Translations under genes and position numbers: made by a program | In this document: one piece after another, positions 40,763 to 52,608 of the stretch | How the letters are laid out: every line of letters starts with the position of its first letter | Position numbering within the stretch: position 1 is the stretch's first letter | Assembly (NCBI RefSeq): GCF_001194135.2 | Contig: NC_069001.1 | Coordinates: 8,269,906-8,333,905 of the forward strand | Length of the DNA: 64,000 nt | Direction of reading: 5' to 3' | Source: Octopus bimaculoides | Lineage: Eukaryota | The notes under the pieces: generated by a model | What the model was told of the DNA's origin: nothing | The model's database searches: none | What the model saw: the letters and a program-made list of their open reading frames with translations, nothing else

Positions 40763-41341
40763 CAGGTGCCATAATGATAATAATGATATTGATACAAGAT
40801 AATACATTTTGAGGAAAGGCACTAGTGGTTAATTTAACACTAGTATTTTTCTCAGTGTACGACATCCAGACCTTGGGTCACATTCAAGACTCTCTATTCC
40901 CCTCCTAAATTCAGTTGCCCACTTATACGCTGTGGATAAAGGAGGAGTGTCATCCCTTAGTGCAGTGAGGCTATAGTAGAAGACACTTTCCCAAGGTGCC
41001 ATGCAGTGGGACTGTACCCAGAACCATGTGGATCGTAAGCAAGCTACTTACCACACAGCCACTCCTACATATGTATATATGTACATGTGTCTGTTGAACA
41101 TTCACTAACTTACATGGTTGATTTATTCAGTGAGTAGGTAGTTCTTTTGATTGCACAATTGGAATATTTATTATCAAGTGCACTTTACAAATACAATCTG
41201 TAAATGGGACAGTGAAAATATGCAAGTGTTTTCTAAAGCTCAGCATGTGCCACTTATCATTAACATAATTCCATCAATGGAGCTTTCTGTTTGTCTTAGA
41301 AACCAGCCCCTTCCGTATAGAAAGAAAAAAAAAACATGTAC

Positions 41342-41373
<32 letters not shown>

Positions 41374-41849
41374 NNNNNNNNNNNNNNNNNNNNNNNNNNN
41401 NNNNNNNNNNNNNNNNNNNNNNNNNNNNNNNNNNNNNNNNNNAAACATACACACATTTAATTAAAAGATATACGTATAAGTCTATTAACCAAAAAAACAC
41501 TGTCTTGCTTCTATTAATTAGTTTATACACACTGCCAGAGACTTGCACTGTTATAAAAATTAGGGCAGATCAATTCAGCTGTATCGGAGTCTGTGTATAT
41601 TATAAATAGCTATAAGTACAATTCTTTTTGTGGTCAGGAAAATGAATGCCTCATCTCTGATAAAGTGGGGTTGGGGGTGGGGGAAAATTATTGAAACTAA
41701 TGAAACCAATCTTTTTTTGGTCACAGAGAGAAGAACATGTGGTGTAACCACTGTATCTTCTTTCACACAGAGAGGCTATAAATCAGTGTTTATTAAAAAG
41801 CATGCACCTGTAAGTCTGTTTTCTCCTTCCTTCCCTTCCTGTATTTATA

Positions 41850-41891
<42 letters not shown>

Positions 41892-41896
41892 GTTTA

Positions 41897-41933
<37 letters not shown>

Positions 41934-41945
41934 CTATCTATCCAT
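41850..41945. repeat. (TATC)n/(TC)n compound microsatellite
   Basis: Seen directly. Confidence 0.9.
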
Positions 41946-42848
41946 CAATCATTTTACATCCTCTTTCCATGCTAACACACATACAAATACAAATGTATGA
42001 ATGTATGTATGTTTACATGTACATGTGTATGTATGTACGTTTGTATTTGTGTGTAATAGTTGTAAGACTAGGAGTATTGTTAATTTTAAAAAAATTATAT
42101 TAGTTAGTAGTATTAGAGTTATATTTTGTAGTTCACACTGAAACAATGTGAAGACTTTCAGGTGATGAATCAAATCAAACAGGTGGTGGTGTAACTTGTG
42201 TTTCTCCCGGAGATGATGGTATACACTTCAACATGCTATGAAGGCTCATACACAGAGGGAAGGTGGTGGTAGGCATTGTGGTAGCCATATTAGTGTTGTT
42301 GATGGTGGTGGAGCTAATGATTGTGTTTGTGACAACAGTAGCAACCAAAGATGATAGTAATAACAATAATAGTGGTTGTAGTAGTGTTGGTGTTGGTAGC
42401 AATTGTATTAGTGGAGGCAGTGTTGATGGTGGTGGTGGCATAAGTATGGAGGGAGTAATGATTGTGGTGGTGAAAAGTCAGCTAAGATTTGATATCTTTA
42501 GGCTGTGACCTAATTTCAGAACATAACTCTTCATACCTGCATTTTGAGAAATTTCTGTATAATTAATACTATTTTTTCTACACTAGGGTAGAGAGGGTAG
42601 TAGGTAGGTTGAGGTTAGAGTAAAAAAGAACAGGAAATTGTTTTACTTGAGGTGTTTAAGAAATAAAAACAAAAACAAAAGGCAGAAAGAAATAAAAAAA
42701 AAACAAACATCTTAATTAAGAATGTTTTTTATTGGAGTTTTTTCTTGTGTTGGTTTTTTTTATTGTTTTGTTCTATTATTGTACAACTGGATCTATTTGG
42801 TTTGCAGTTTTAAACCTTACATCTGATATTTTATAGATTTGTGTGCGT

Positions 42849-42899
<51 letters not shown>

Positions 42900-42907
42900 C
42901 ATACTCT

Positions 42908-42958
<51 letters not shown>

Positions 42959-43525
42959 ACATATATACACCACACATGCACACCTACTTAAAGATATACA
43001 CACTCTCACAATCACATACATTCATGAATACTTTGTTGGAAAAACCATGTATAATTGCACACATTTGACATTTTTTTTTCTTTTTTGTTTCTGGTCATGC
43101 TTAGTGAATTAGCCTTCTATTTTTTTGAATCGCCTTCAATCAGTGACACTATCAAAGTGAATGGCAGATAGTAATGTCTTCTACTTCTAAATGGTTCATG
43201 CTGCCCCTCTTCAAAGGGTCTTCACTTGGTCTTTGAACAGTTTCATTGATCTTCCAGTCAGTCAGACATTGGTCCTGATGTAGGCAGCTGTAGTTAGCAT
43301 AACTTGGCTATTCAATAAATATGGATGAGCAATGTAAGTACTAGTGTCTTCTTGATAGACTAAAGATAGACCCTTGATAAGATCCTTGATAGACTAAAGA
43401 TAGACCCTTGAAGCTGATAGAAACTATTGAAAAGAAATTATGTGTGCATATATACATATATCTAGTAGTTAGGATTCTCCAGGTGGCCTGTGTTTGATTC
43501 CTGGCAGGGGAACACAGTTATTTGT

Positions 43526-43890
43526 AGGCATAGGACTGGCTGTGTGGTAAGAAACTTGCTTCCCAACCACATAGTTCCAGGTTCAGTCCTACTGTGTGGT
43601 ACCTTGAGCGAGTGTTTTCTACTGTATCCTTGGACTAACCAAAGCCTTGTAAGTGGATTTGGTAGATGGAAACTGAAAGAAGTCCATTGTATATAGACAT
43701 ACATACATATATATATGTATGTATGTGTATCTATGTGTATATGTCTTTCTGTCTGCTTGTTCCACCCCCCTGTTTGACAACTGGTGTTGGTGTGTTTGCA
43801 TTCCTGTAACTTAGCAGTTCGGCACAAGTGACCAATGGAATATGTACCAGGCTTAAAAAATAAGTACTGGGGTTGATTCATTCAAGTAAA
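43526..43890 (+). mobile_element. SINE family A, near full-length copy
   Basis: A-box-like ggctgtgtggtaag, B-box-like ggttcagtcc, central gagcgagtgttttctact...aaagccttgtaagtggatttggtagatggaaactgaaagaag, microsatellite, then tail. Confidence 0.85.
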
Positions 43891-43891
43891 A

Positions 43892-43943
<52 letters not shown>

Positions 43944-45214
43944 TTTTAAGTCGAATTTATAACCGTATGAGTATGTATAAAAAGTTGGTTGCCTAATTTG
44001 AGTTTATATCTTAATTCTTATATGTATGTATATATATATATCTGAAATACAAGAAATTGTATAGTAGGACCTCTATAAAGCTGATTATCTTAGAACCTCT
44101 TAAAATGCAGCCTTCTACCCGAATATATTACTGCTACAAATCATTTACTGAAGAAGCCCAGATGTTAGTGGATGTTATGGAATAGTGTAAAGCCCTAGGA
44201 GACTGAACATGTAACACATTTTTCAGTTGATCCTTACACAGTTTTTGTTTACCCGAAACTATTTACTAGTTCCCCTTATTCTACACATATGTACACACTT
44301 GTGTGTGTGCATGCATGTGCATGCATGCATATGCTCTCTACGAGTGTGTATGTATGTGTGTGAACTAAGTTCATGAATTCAATAATTGCTGTAAATATCC
44401 TTCAGAAAACCTACTGTGTAGTGCATTGAGTGTTGATGAAGTAACTACACCCTCCCTTTCTCTTTCTTCCCCCGCCCCCCATGTATGCATGTATATGTGT
44501 ACATCTGTGTAATATTCTCGCTAGTTGTTGACTACTATAATTGATATGATGACATTAACATTAACAAGAATGAATTGATTCTTGGCAGAACAAAGAAAAC
44601 TGTGGTAGCATTTGATAGTTTGGTGGTGGTAGTGGTAGTAGTGGGGATGCTCTGTTGCATATGTAATCTGTGGTTGGGCATTTTTGTAAACAGATTAAAA
44701 GGCTTAAGAGGTTGACTGCCTTTTATTTGTGACTAGTTAGTGATTTGTAATGTCATTTGACTATCAAGCCCATATGAATTGTAATTTGACTGGCTAGCCC
44801 TTTTTTTTTTTTTTATGTGATTTGGTGAGCTAGACTTATTAATGAGCTAAACTTGATAATGTTACTGGGTTATTTGTTCATCTTTCTCTGTCTTTTAGTC
44901 TACATCTCTGTCTTTTAGTCTGTATACCTGTCCTTCTTAGCCTTTCCCTTCATTCATATAGTTAGTCAACCCTTGTTAGTCCTTGTTCATATTGTAGTTG
45001 ACCTCTAATATGATGTTGATTTTTAAGGTTAACCCTAAGTAGAACTGCAATCAAAGGCGTTCCAGCCCTGACCATCCATCCAACCATTTTTAGAGCTATA
45101 TAGGCCTACATTATCTAATGTGTCCTTCACATTTTTAAGACAGTAGGTGTGAGTTGAGAGAGATTCGGTTGCTACTTCTAGCAGGTCAAATGATTACATA
45201 GGGACCTACTTCTT

Positions 45215-45790
45215 GTTGGGTAGTCCTTGTTAATGTAATTTATCTAGTTAATTACTTAGTCCTTGTTAATATCGTTTGGCTAGCTCTCTCTCTTGTTAAT
45301 GCTATTTGGCTAACTTTCCCTTGTTGATATTATTTGGTTAAGTTAAGGCAGTGAGCTAACAGAAAAGGTTAGCACGCCGGGTGAAAAGGTTTAGCGGTAT
45401 TTCGTCTGTCTTCATGTTCTGAGTTCAAATTCTGCCAAGGTCAACTTTGCCTTTCATCTTTTCGGGGTTGATAAATTAAGTACCAGTTGTGTACTGGGTC
45501 GATCTAATCGACTGGTTCTCTCCCCCCAAAATTTTGGGCCTTGTGCCTAGAATAGAAAAGATTATTTGGTTAAGCTTTCTTTATGCCATTTCACTAACTA
45601 AGCTTTATTGAAGTTATTTGGCTAGCTATCCCTTGTTAAAGTCATTTGACTAACTAAGCTTTTTTAATGACATTTGCTTTATTAGTGTCATTTGTCTAAC
45701 AGAGCTTCTTTAATTCCAGTTGGCTAAATAAACCTTGTTAATTCCATTTGACCAACAAAGCTTTGTGAACATGTTTAATCTGTCCTACAA
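45215..45790. repeat. Degenerate ~30-bp tandem repeat (ccttgttaat...atttggctaact) interrupted by SINE B
   Basis: ttgtta(a)..atttg(g/a)ctaa motifs recur on both sides of the SINE. Confidence 0.55.
45343..45560 (+). mobile_element. tRNA-derived SINE family B, full length, with a 14-bp target-site duplication
   Basis: Head aaggcagtgagctaacagaa...gagttcaaattc, centre ctttgcctttcatcttttcggggttgataaattaagtaccag. Direct repeat attatttggttaag at 45329-45342 and 45561-45574. Related copies at ~36530-36750(+), 47545-47662(+), 48037-48200(-), 51420-51520(-), 61670-61820(-). Confidence 0.88.
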
Positions 45791-47500
45791 AAATATTGTG
45801 AGTAATTTTCTCATGACAACACCCAAATGAAAAATAAGACTTTCAATGGAAAAAATTTAGATTATTTTTACTCTGTCTCTTTCATGATTGCACATGTTAT
45901 TATTATTTTTTTTATTCTACTCACTGTCAGGCTGCTGAAGATTCACTTGTGCTGCATTCCTGGCAATAGTATCTGTTGATTTTTTTTCTTCATAAGTTTG
46001 AATAGGTGGAAAAGTGCCCATGATGTTTGTGGTTAGTTGAAGATTGGTAAGAATGATAACGATGATGTTAAATTTGAACATTTGTTGGGTGCTACTTAGT
46101 AGATGAAAACATGAATTGAGAGGATCTTGTAATATATATATATATATATATTCCTTTATTCTTTTATTTGTTTCAGTCATTTGACTGTCTCAATAAGTCT
46201 TATTTTATCCATGCCAGCATGGAAAAGAGTGGATGTGAAGACGATGATTATGAACTCCCTGAGTTGCTAAACTTTGCTGGGAGTAGTAATGAAAAGTTTC
46301 TAGGATCTGGTTCACCCCTTCTCTTTATGTCCTAAAAATCCCAACTCTAACATCATCACACTATATCTCAAATGATAGGTACATCAGTATATCATCTAGT
46401 GATACCAAAGACAATTGTAGCCGAAGTAGGTGCCTCTACATAGAAGCTGAAAATGCCAAGTCCCACTCAAATTACACCCTACCATTTAGAAAAAGAAATG
46501 ACACTTTAGATAATGTAGTTTTAGATATAATCTGAATACAAGCTGGGATGGTCATGACTGAAATGTTTTTCATTATAGATCTGCTGAAACATGGCTAACC
46601 TGAACAACTGAAACAAGCATTTTGTTGTCTGTTTGAAGTAAAAATTTCTCTTGGATGTGTCATTCTGAGAATCTATGTTGAGGAAAATTTCATTCTGTTG
46701 GGTAATTTCTGAGAGGAAGTGGCACTTGGGAAACTTACAGTTTTGTAGAATATCCTGAACATCTGTTAATGTCAGAGATGGCTCTACACATTCCATGTGA
46801 GGGTGATGGTTCAAAACTAATGGAGGGAATTCAGATAACATATACACCAGTAAGACAGGCTGCTGTGTTGTATGTATACAGCTGTAAGACTTTGGTGTAT
46901 TCACATGCGTGTGCACGCACACACACACATGCACACAATGTACACACACACCCACATGCATACATAAAGTCACATCTGTAAGACTATATATGTCTATGTT
47001 TGTGTATAAATAGCATAAAATAATTTTTAACAGTAGAGAATTCAATACAAAGATGTAGCATCTATGAATTTTATCAAATGCTTGAATAAACATATGTGTG
47101 TGTGTGTGTGTGCAATAGGGTTTCACACAGTTTTTATCTGACAAATGGACTCACAAGGTATTGATCAACCTGCAGCTATAATATAAGACACTTGCTTAAT
47201 GTACCACATAGTGGGACTGGACCTCACACTTGCTGTGCCTGAGTCTCTCTCTCTCTCTCTCTCTCTCTGTTTCTTTGTTTTGACATCACTGGTGCTGGTG
47301 TCATATAAAAAGTACCCAATATACTTGTAAAGTGGTTGGCATTAGGAAGGGCATCCAGCTGTTGGAACCATGTCAAAGCAGACATTGCAGCTTGGTACTG
47401 TCCTTTGACTCGCCAGCTCCTTTCAAACTGTCACACACCTCTTTTCTGTTGGTATTTTGATACTGCTGGCATAACATCTAATGTGTTAAAGTCCTCATAC

Positions 47501-48242
47501 TGTCATGCTTGTAGATTATTCTTAATATAAGTCAGAGTAAGGCAGTGAGTTGGTGGAATCATTACTGTGTCGAACAAAATGCCTGGGGTATTTCCTCTGA
47601 CTTATTACATTCTGAGTTCAAATTCCAATAGGATTAACTTTATCCCTCTGGAGTCAATAAACAAAGACACGTGTCTTTGTTTGTCTTCCCACCACAGTTT
47701 GGGACAATTTGAGTCATAAGTTTGCAGCATCACAGCTGACTTCAGACTAAACAATAACTCATTTATGCAATCCTTCCAACCCATCCTCAAGCTCCTTGAA
47801 ACTCTTACAACATTTTTTTTTTTTTATATTTCTTTATTCTGCAAACATAAACTGCAATAACCTCACTAATTTCAGCTGACCTAGAAAAGACACATGCCAC
47901 CACTCCTGTCTCTGACTAAATAACACTTTTTGATCTGGGCACAAACACTGCAATGGGACGTGNNNNNNNNNNNNNNNNNNNNNNNNNNNNNNNNNNNNNN
48001 NNNNNNNNNNNNNNNNNNNNNNNNNNNNNNNNNNNNGAGTAAGTTAATTTCATTGACTCCAATATTTGACTGGTACTTCAGTTTATTGACTCCAGAGGGA
48101 TAAAGTTAATCCTATTGGAATTTGAACTCAGAATGTAATAAGTCAGAAGAAATACCCCAGGCATTTTGTTCGACACAGTAATGATTCCACCAACACACTG
48201 CCTTACTCTGACTTATATTAAGAATAATCTACAAGCATGACA
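47501..48242. repeat. 162-bp inverted duplication (47501-47662 / 48081-48242) spanning a gap
   Basis: The arms are reverse complements with 2 mismatches. Confidence 0.85.
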
Positions 48243-50087
48243 TTTTGGTTGGCCTGAGGCCATAGTAGAAAACACTTGCCCAAGGTGTCATGCAGTGGAA
48301 CTGAACCCCCGAACCATATGATTGGGAAGCAAGCTTCTCACCACATGGCCATGGTCAGTTCAGATTCAGATTATAAAAGGCATTCAAGCCCTCTTTTTCT
48401 TCAATGTCTAAAACCATATTATCCAACACGGCAGTTCTTTTTCAAGATGGTAGGGTGTGATCTGAGGGAGATTAAAGCTATTATTTCTTGAGTATTGAGT
48501 GACCACTTTGTTGGCTCAGGAATAATTCTGTATTAAAATAGAAGTTTGGTGGTTGGGACAATAAGAATGATGACTGAATGAAAGGTATTTATACTGGATG
48601 GGTTTGGGAAGTTGTGGTACCTAGTCTTATATTGGTGAGTGGATCTTTGACAATAATCAGGGGTGCAGGGCATAGCTTTTGCAGTGCAGATTTAGCAATG
48701 CTGTATAAAATCTTCCTTTGGATCCAAATTCAGTTTCTAGTTACAAACTTTATTTTGTGACTAATTGTGTGCATGCACATGCATGTGTATGTGCATGCAT
48801 GCATGCAACTGTGTTAAATCCATAAGTCAGACAACGGCCACCACAAAATGTAGTTTGTCTCAGATTATACAGGATACATATGATGCCTGCAGTGTAGAAC
48901 ACTACTCCTATCATAGCTCAGTCTATGTTAATCTCAACAGATGCACATGTAATATTCAGTTGCAGTGGACTTTGACCTCGGGTTCCAAGAGATTTTTAGA
49001 AGCAGGTTTTATTTCACTGAGGATTTGATGTCTACCATAGTCTCAAAGTAAGTGGAACTGTGAGTGAAAACAGGTTGCATGCAATCCATAATGTAAAGTG
49101 AATGATAAAAGGAATGACTTCCCATTTGTGTATGTGTGTGTGTGGGGGGACCCACATGGTTTTTACAATCCTCACAATATGCAACCCAACTGAGAGAATA
49201 GTACCACCAAATGGTAGTTCTACCACAGAAAACCTCTCTAGTGTCAACAGTATGATAAAAAAAAAAAAAAGCATTCAATCCACTTTTTAAGGTGGTTGGT
49301 GACAGAAAAGGCATCCAGTTGTAAAAACAATACCAAAATTTTGACATGCACAAGAAAGACGGTTTGGTTTTTTTCTGTTTATGTGTGTGCCAGATGACAC
49401 CACTCTGATGAATAATGAGATGCTGACATCTGTCCAACCCATGCTAGCATAGAAAGACATGTAAAGATGATGATAATGATGATGACAAAACTGTGTAGAA
49501 GCCCTTCAGAAGGTTTCCATCTGTTGAGTGGTAGACTTAATTCACTGCTAGGTTTGATCCTGTTACCTAGTCTTTGGGTGCCTTTAGTGGAATGCACTAT
49601 GTTGCCATCATTCAACTGAAGACTCTAGTTTGAGGATATGTAATTTGCTGTCTTTATCCACTGTTTCCTACTAAGTGTTGCATTTTCTTTCGTCCTCCTG
49701 TCTTTACCCTACCCTCATCAATCTCAGAAGACCTACAAAAAAGCCATGGGTATTGTCCCTTCATCCTCTATTTAAGACCTAAAATAAATAAAAAGGGCCT
49801 CCAGTACCTCCTACATGGTAAAGCAAAATAAGTGGATTCAGGCTTTATATATTTGATGCCTGGGACTTCACTGATTATCTGCTCCGAGATATGAACACTC
49901 AATTCTGTAGTCCAGTTGTCAGATGCTGCTAATTAATTAATTTCATTTATGGTCACTTCAGGCAGGATTTGATCTTGGCTAGGCATCAGAAACGTGTAAA
50001 GGCCACTAAACTACTCCTGACTGCAAATGCTGCGCTTCTCTTCTACATCGGCCTCTTGCTGCATATTCGGGTGAAAGGTTAATGTTT

Positions 50088-50136
<49 letters not shown>

Positions 50137-52464
50137 AACTTCCTCTTTTGACTGAAATGTAAATAAACACTTCATATGGGCTGTTACTATTCCCTTCAAA
50201 CACCATCACCATCATTGCTGCTACCATCACTGTTATCCTAAACATCATCACTAACACTACTCATCACTACACAACCACTACCACCAACACCAAACTTTAC
50301 CATCCCCCATTACACACTGCCACCACTACACACTGCCATCCGCCCATCCCCAATCACCACCAAACAACTATAAACCACCACCACCTCCTACACTACACAC
50401 CATTATCTAGCATACACTAATTGATGTTTCAAGCTTCAAAACAGGAAACTGTATCTAAAAGCATCTTCAAACTTTTAGTGAGGTTTTGGTGGAAATATTT
50501 AATACCAGTGTTGGTGGTGGTGGTGTTGGTGGTAGTCATGGTAGTTACAATAATGGCGGTGGTGATGATATGGTTATGGTAGTTGTAGTGGTAATTGTGG
50601 TAGTAGTGATTGATAGCAATGATAGGTGTTAATAGTGATAGAGGTGATAGTTGTTATAATGGTGATGTTGGTGATGATGGTGGTGGTGCTAGTTGTGATT
50701 AATAGTAGTAATAGTGCTGGTTATAGTGGTGGTGGTAGTGTTGTTGTTTAGCTCCAAGCTGGTCCTGATTGAGTAGATTTATCCTTCTTTTGAGACAGTG
50801 TATCTTGGATTATATTATCCATCGTGTCCATTTTTTTCTTAAGATGGTGGGATGTGGTTTGAGGCAGATTTGGCTGCTATTGCTAGCAAGATGATGAATG
50901 ACTGGCTCCATTGTTGGTTCACTGGTGCTTGTGTTGATGATGATGATGTTGTTGGTGGTTGTGATGCTGATGTTGTTGGTGGTTGTGATGCTGATGTTCA
51001 CAGGAATAACAAGGATGGTGCTTTTGTGGTGGTGGTAGTGGTGGTGGTGGTGGTGGCAGTTGTGATAGTGATATTGATGATGTTGATGTTGATAGCTGTA
51101 ATAACAATTAGAGGTGCAAATAAGGCAGGTGCTTGTCTTGAGGGCTCTTGAGATAGTTAGTATGGGATGTTGTTCGGAAGTGATGCAATACACACTGCAT
51201 GTATACACCCAAGCACTTGTATGTCTGTGCATGTGTTAAGTTATAAGCCTGAACAAACTGTATCAACAGCAACCTTTGTTCTTTGATTCTCTGACAGAAA
51301 TATCAAGATATAATGGTATAATGGTCAATGGCCTTCTTACTTCCATCTGTCACGCTTCTTATATCAGTATACATATATCATTATTTATAATGATTTCAAA
51401 TTGTGACACAAGGTCAGCAATTATAGGAGAGAGGCTTAGTTGATTACATTGACACCAATGCGCAGTTGGTACTTATTTTACTGATCTTGGAAGGACGAAA
51501 GGCAAAGTTGACCTTGGCAGCATAATAATAATACTTTTTCCTACTATAGGCACAAGGCCTGAATTTGGTGGGAAGGAGTTAGTCACTTACATCAACCCCA
51601 AGACTTATAGCATTGGGGTTGATTTTTAGGATAACCTCTCTTAAGCATCTCTTGTGAGTTATGTTACCCCTGAGGAAAGGCTTTCCTCTCCCAGGTCTTG
51701 TTGGTTGTGAATTGTCATCAATGCTTCTCTAACTTTCTTCTTTTCTAAGACACACACACACACACACACACATACACAAACACATAAATAGGCTTCTGCA
51801 CAATTTCCGCCTTCCAAATTCTACTCACAAAGTTTTATAACTAATAATGATTTCTAGCATAGATTGGCCTCATCATATGACTTGGTATTTATTTTATTTG
51901 CCTCAGAAAAGATATAACATTCACCTTGGCAGAGGTAGAACTCAGAGCTAAAAATTAGCATAATTAATTATCACAAGGCATTTTCATCTGGTGTCCTAAT
52001 GATCTGTCATGCTATTCTCTCAATTATGAAATAACAATAATAATTATCAGTTCTTTATTTGTGACAATAACATTACAAATGTGGGGTACAAAAACATGTA
52101 ATTATGTAATTGCCATCAAATGAAGAAAAAAATAAATGCACGTGTTAAAACAAGATATGAAATATGAAAATGTAGAAACATATGTTCCAAAAGGGAGATT
52201 GTTGCCTAGAGTAACATGGGGTAGCCCTATAAATCCATAAATGTTCTTCAACACTAAGATAAATATCTTCTTCCTGCTAGAAATTATTAATGAAATTACA
52301 AATGGAGCCATTTAGCTGCATCAAATTCACTGCTTTCACCATCTTTCAGCAAATTTACTGGAGGGCAGCACTTCTCGCCCTATTTTCACCCTTCTTTTCA
52401 AATGGTAATTGAAAATGAGGTCTTGACAATTTGTCCTTCACATTACCTTTTTTACTATATGTAC

Positions 52465-52608
52465 CAGTGTTTCTCAACTATTTTTTTACCAATGGACCCC
52501 GTTGATTCCAATTTTACTGAGGATGGGGGGGATCTTCTTAGCTAATTTTAACAAGAAAATCTTATATGAACCCCCGAGGGCCATATGAATCTTGGTTGAG
52601 AACCTCTG
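52465..52608. mobile_element. hAT (Charlie/MER5-type) MITE, 144 bp
   Basis: TIRs cagtgtttctcaac / gttgagaacctctg. The 8-bp flanks atatgtac (52457-52464) and atatgcat (52609-52616) match at 6/8, consistent with a decayed 8-bp TSD. Confidence 0.8.

Noticed and set aside
42175-42508. Thr/Pro-rich and Val/Gly-rich ORFs here and at 50810-51232
   Set aside because: Low-complexity (GGT/GAT/AGT)n sequence.
43351-43411. 27-bp direct repeat with a 34-bp period, and similar short duplications at ~37640, ~44885 and ~50950
   Set aside because: Ordinary slippage duplications with no further structure.
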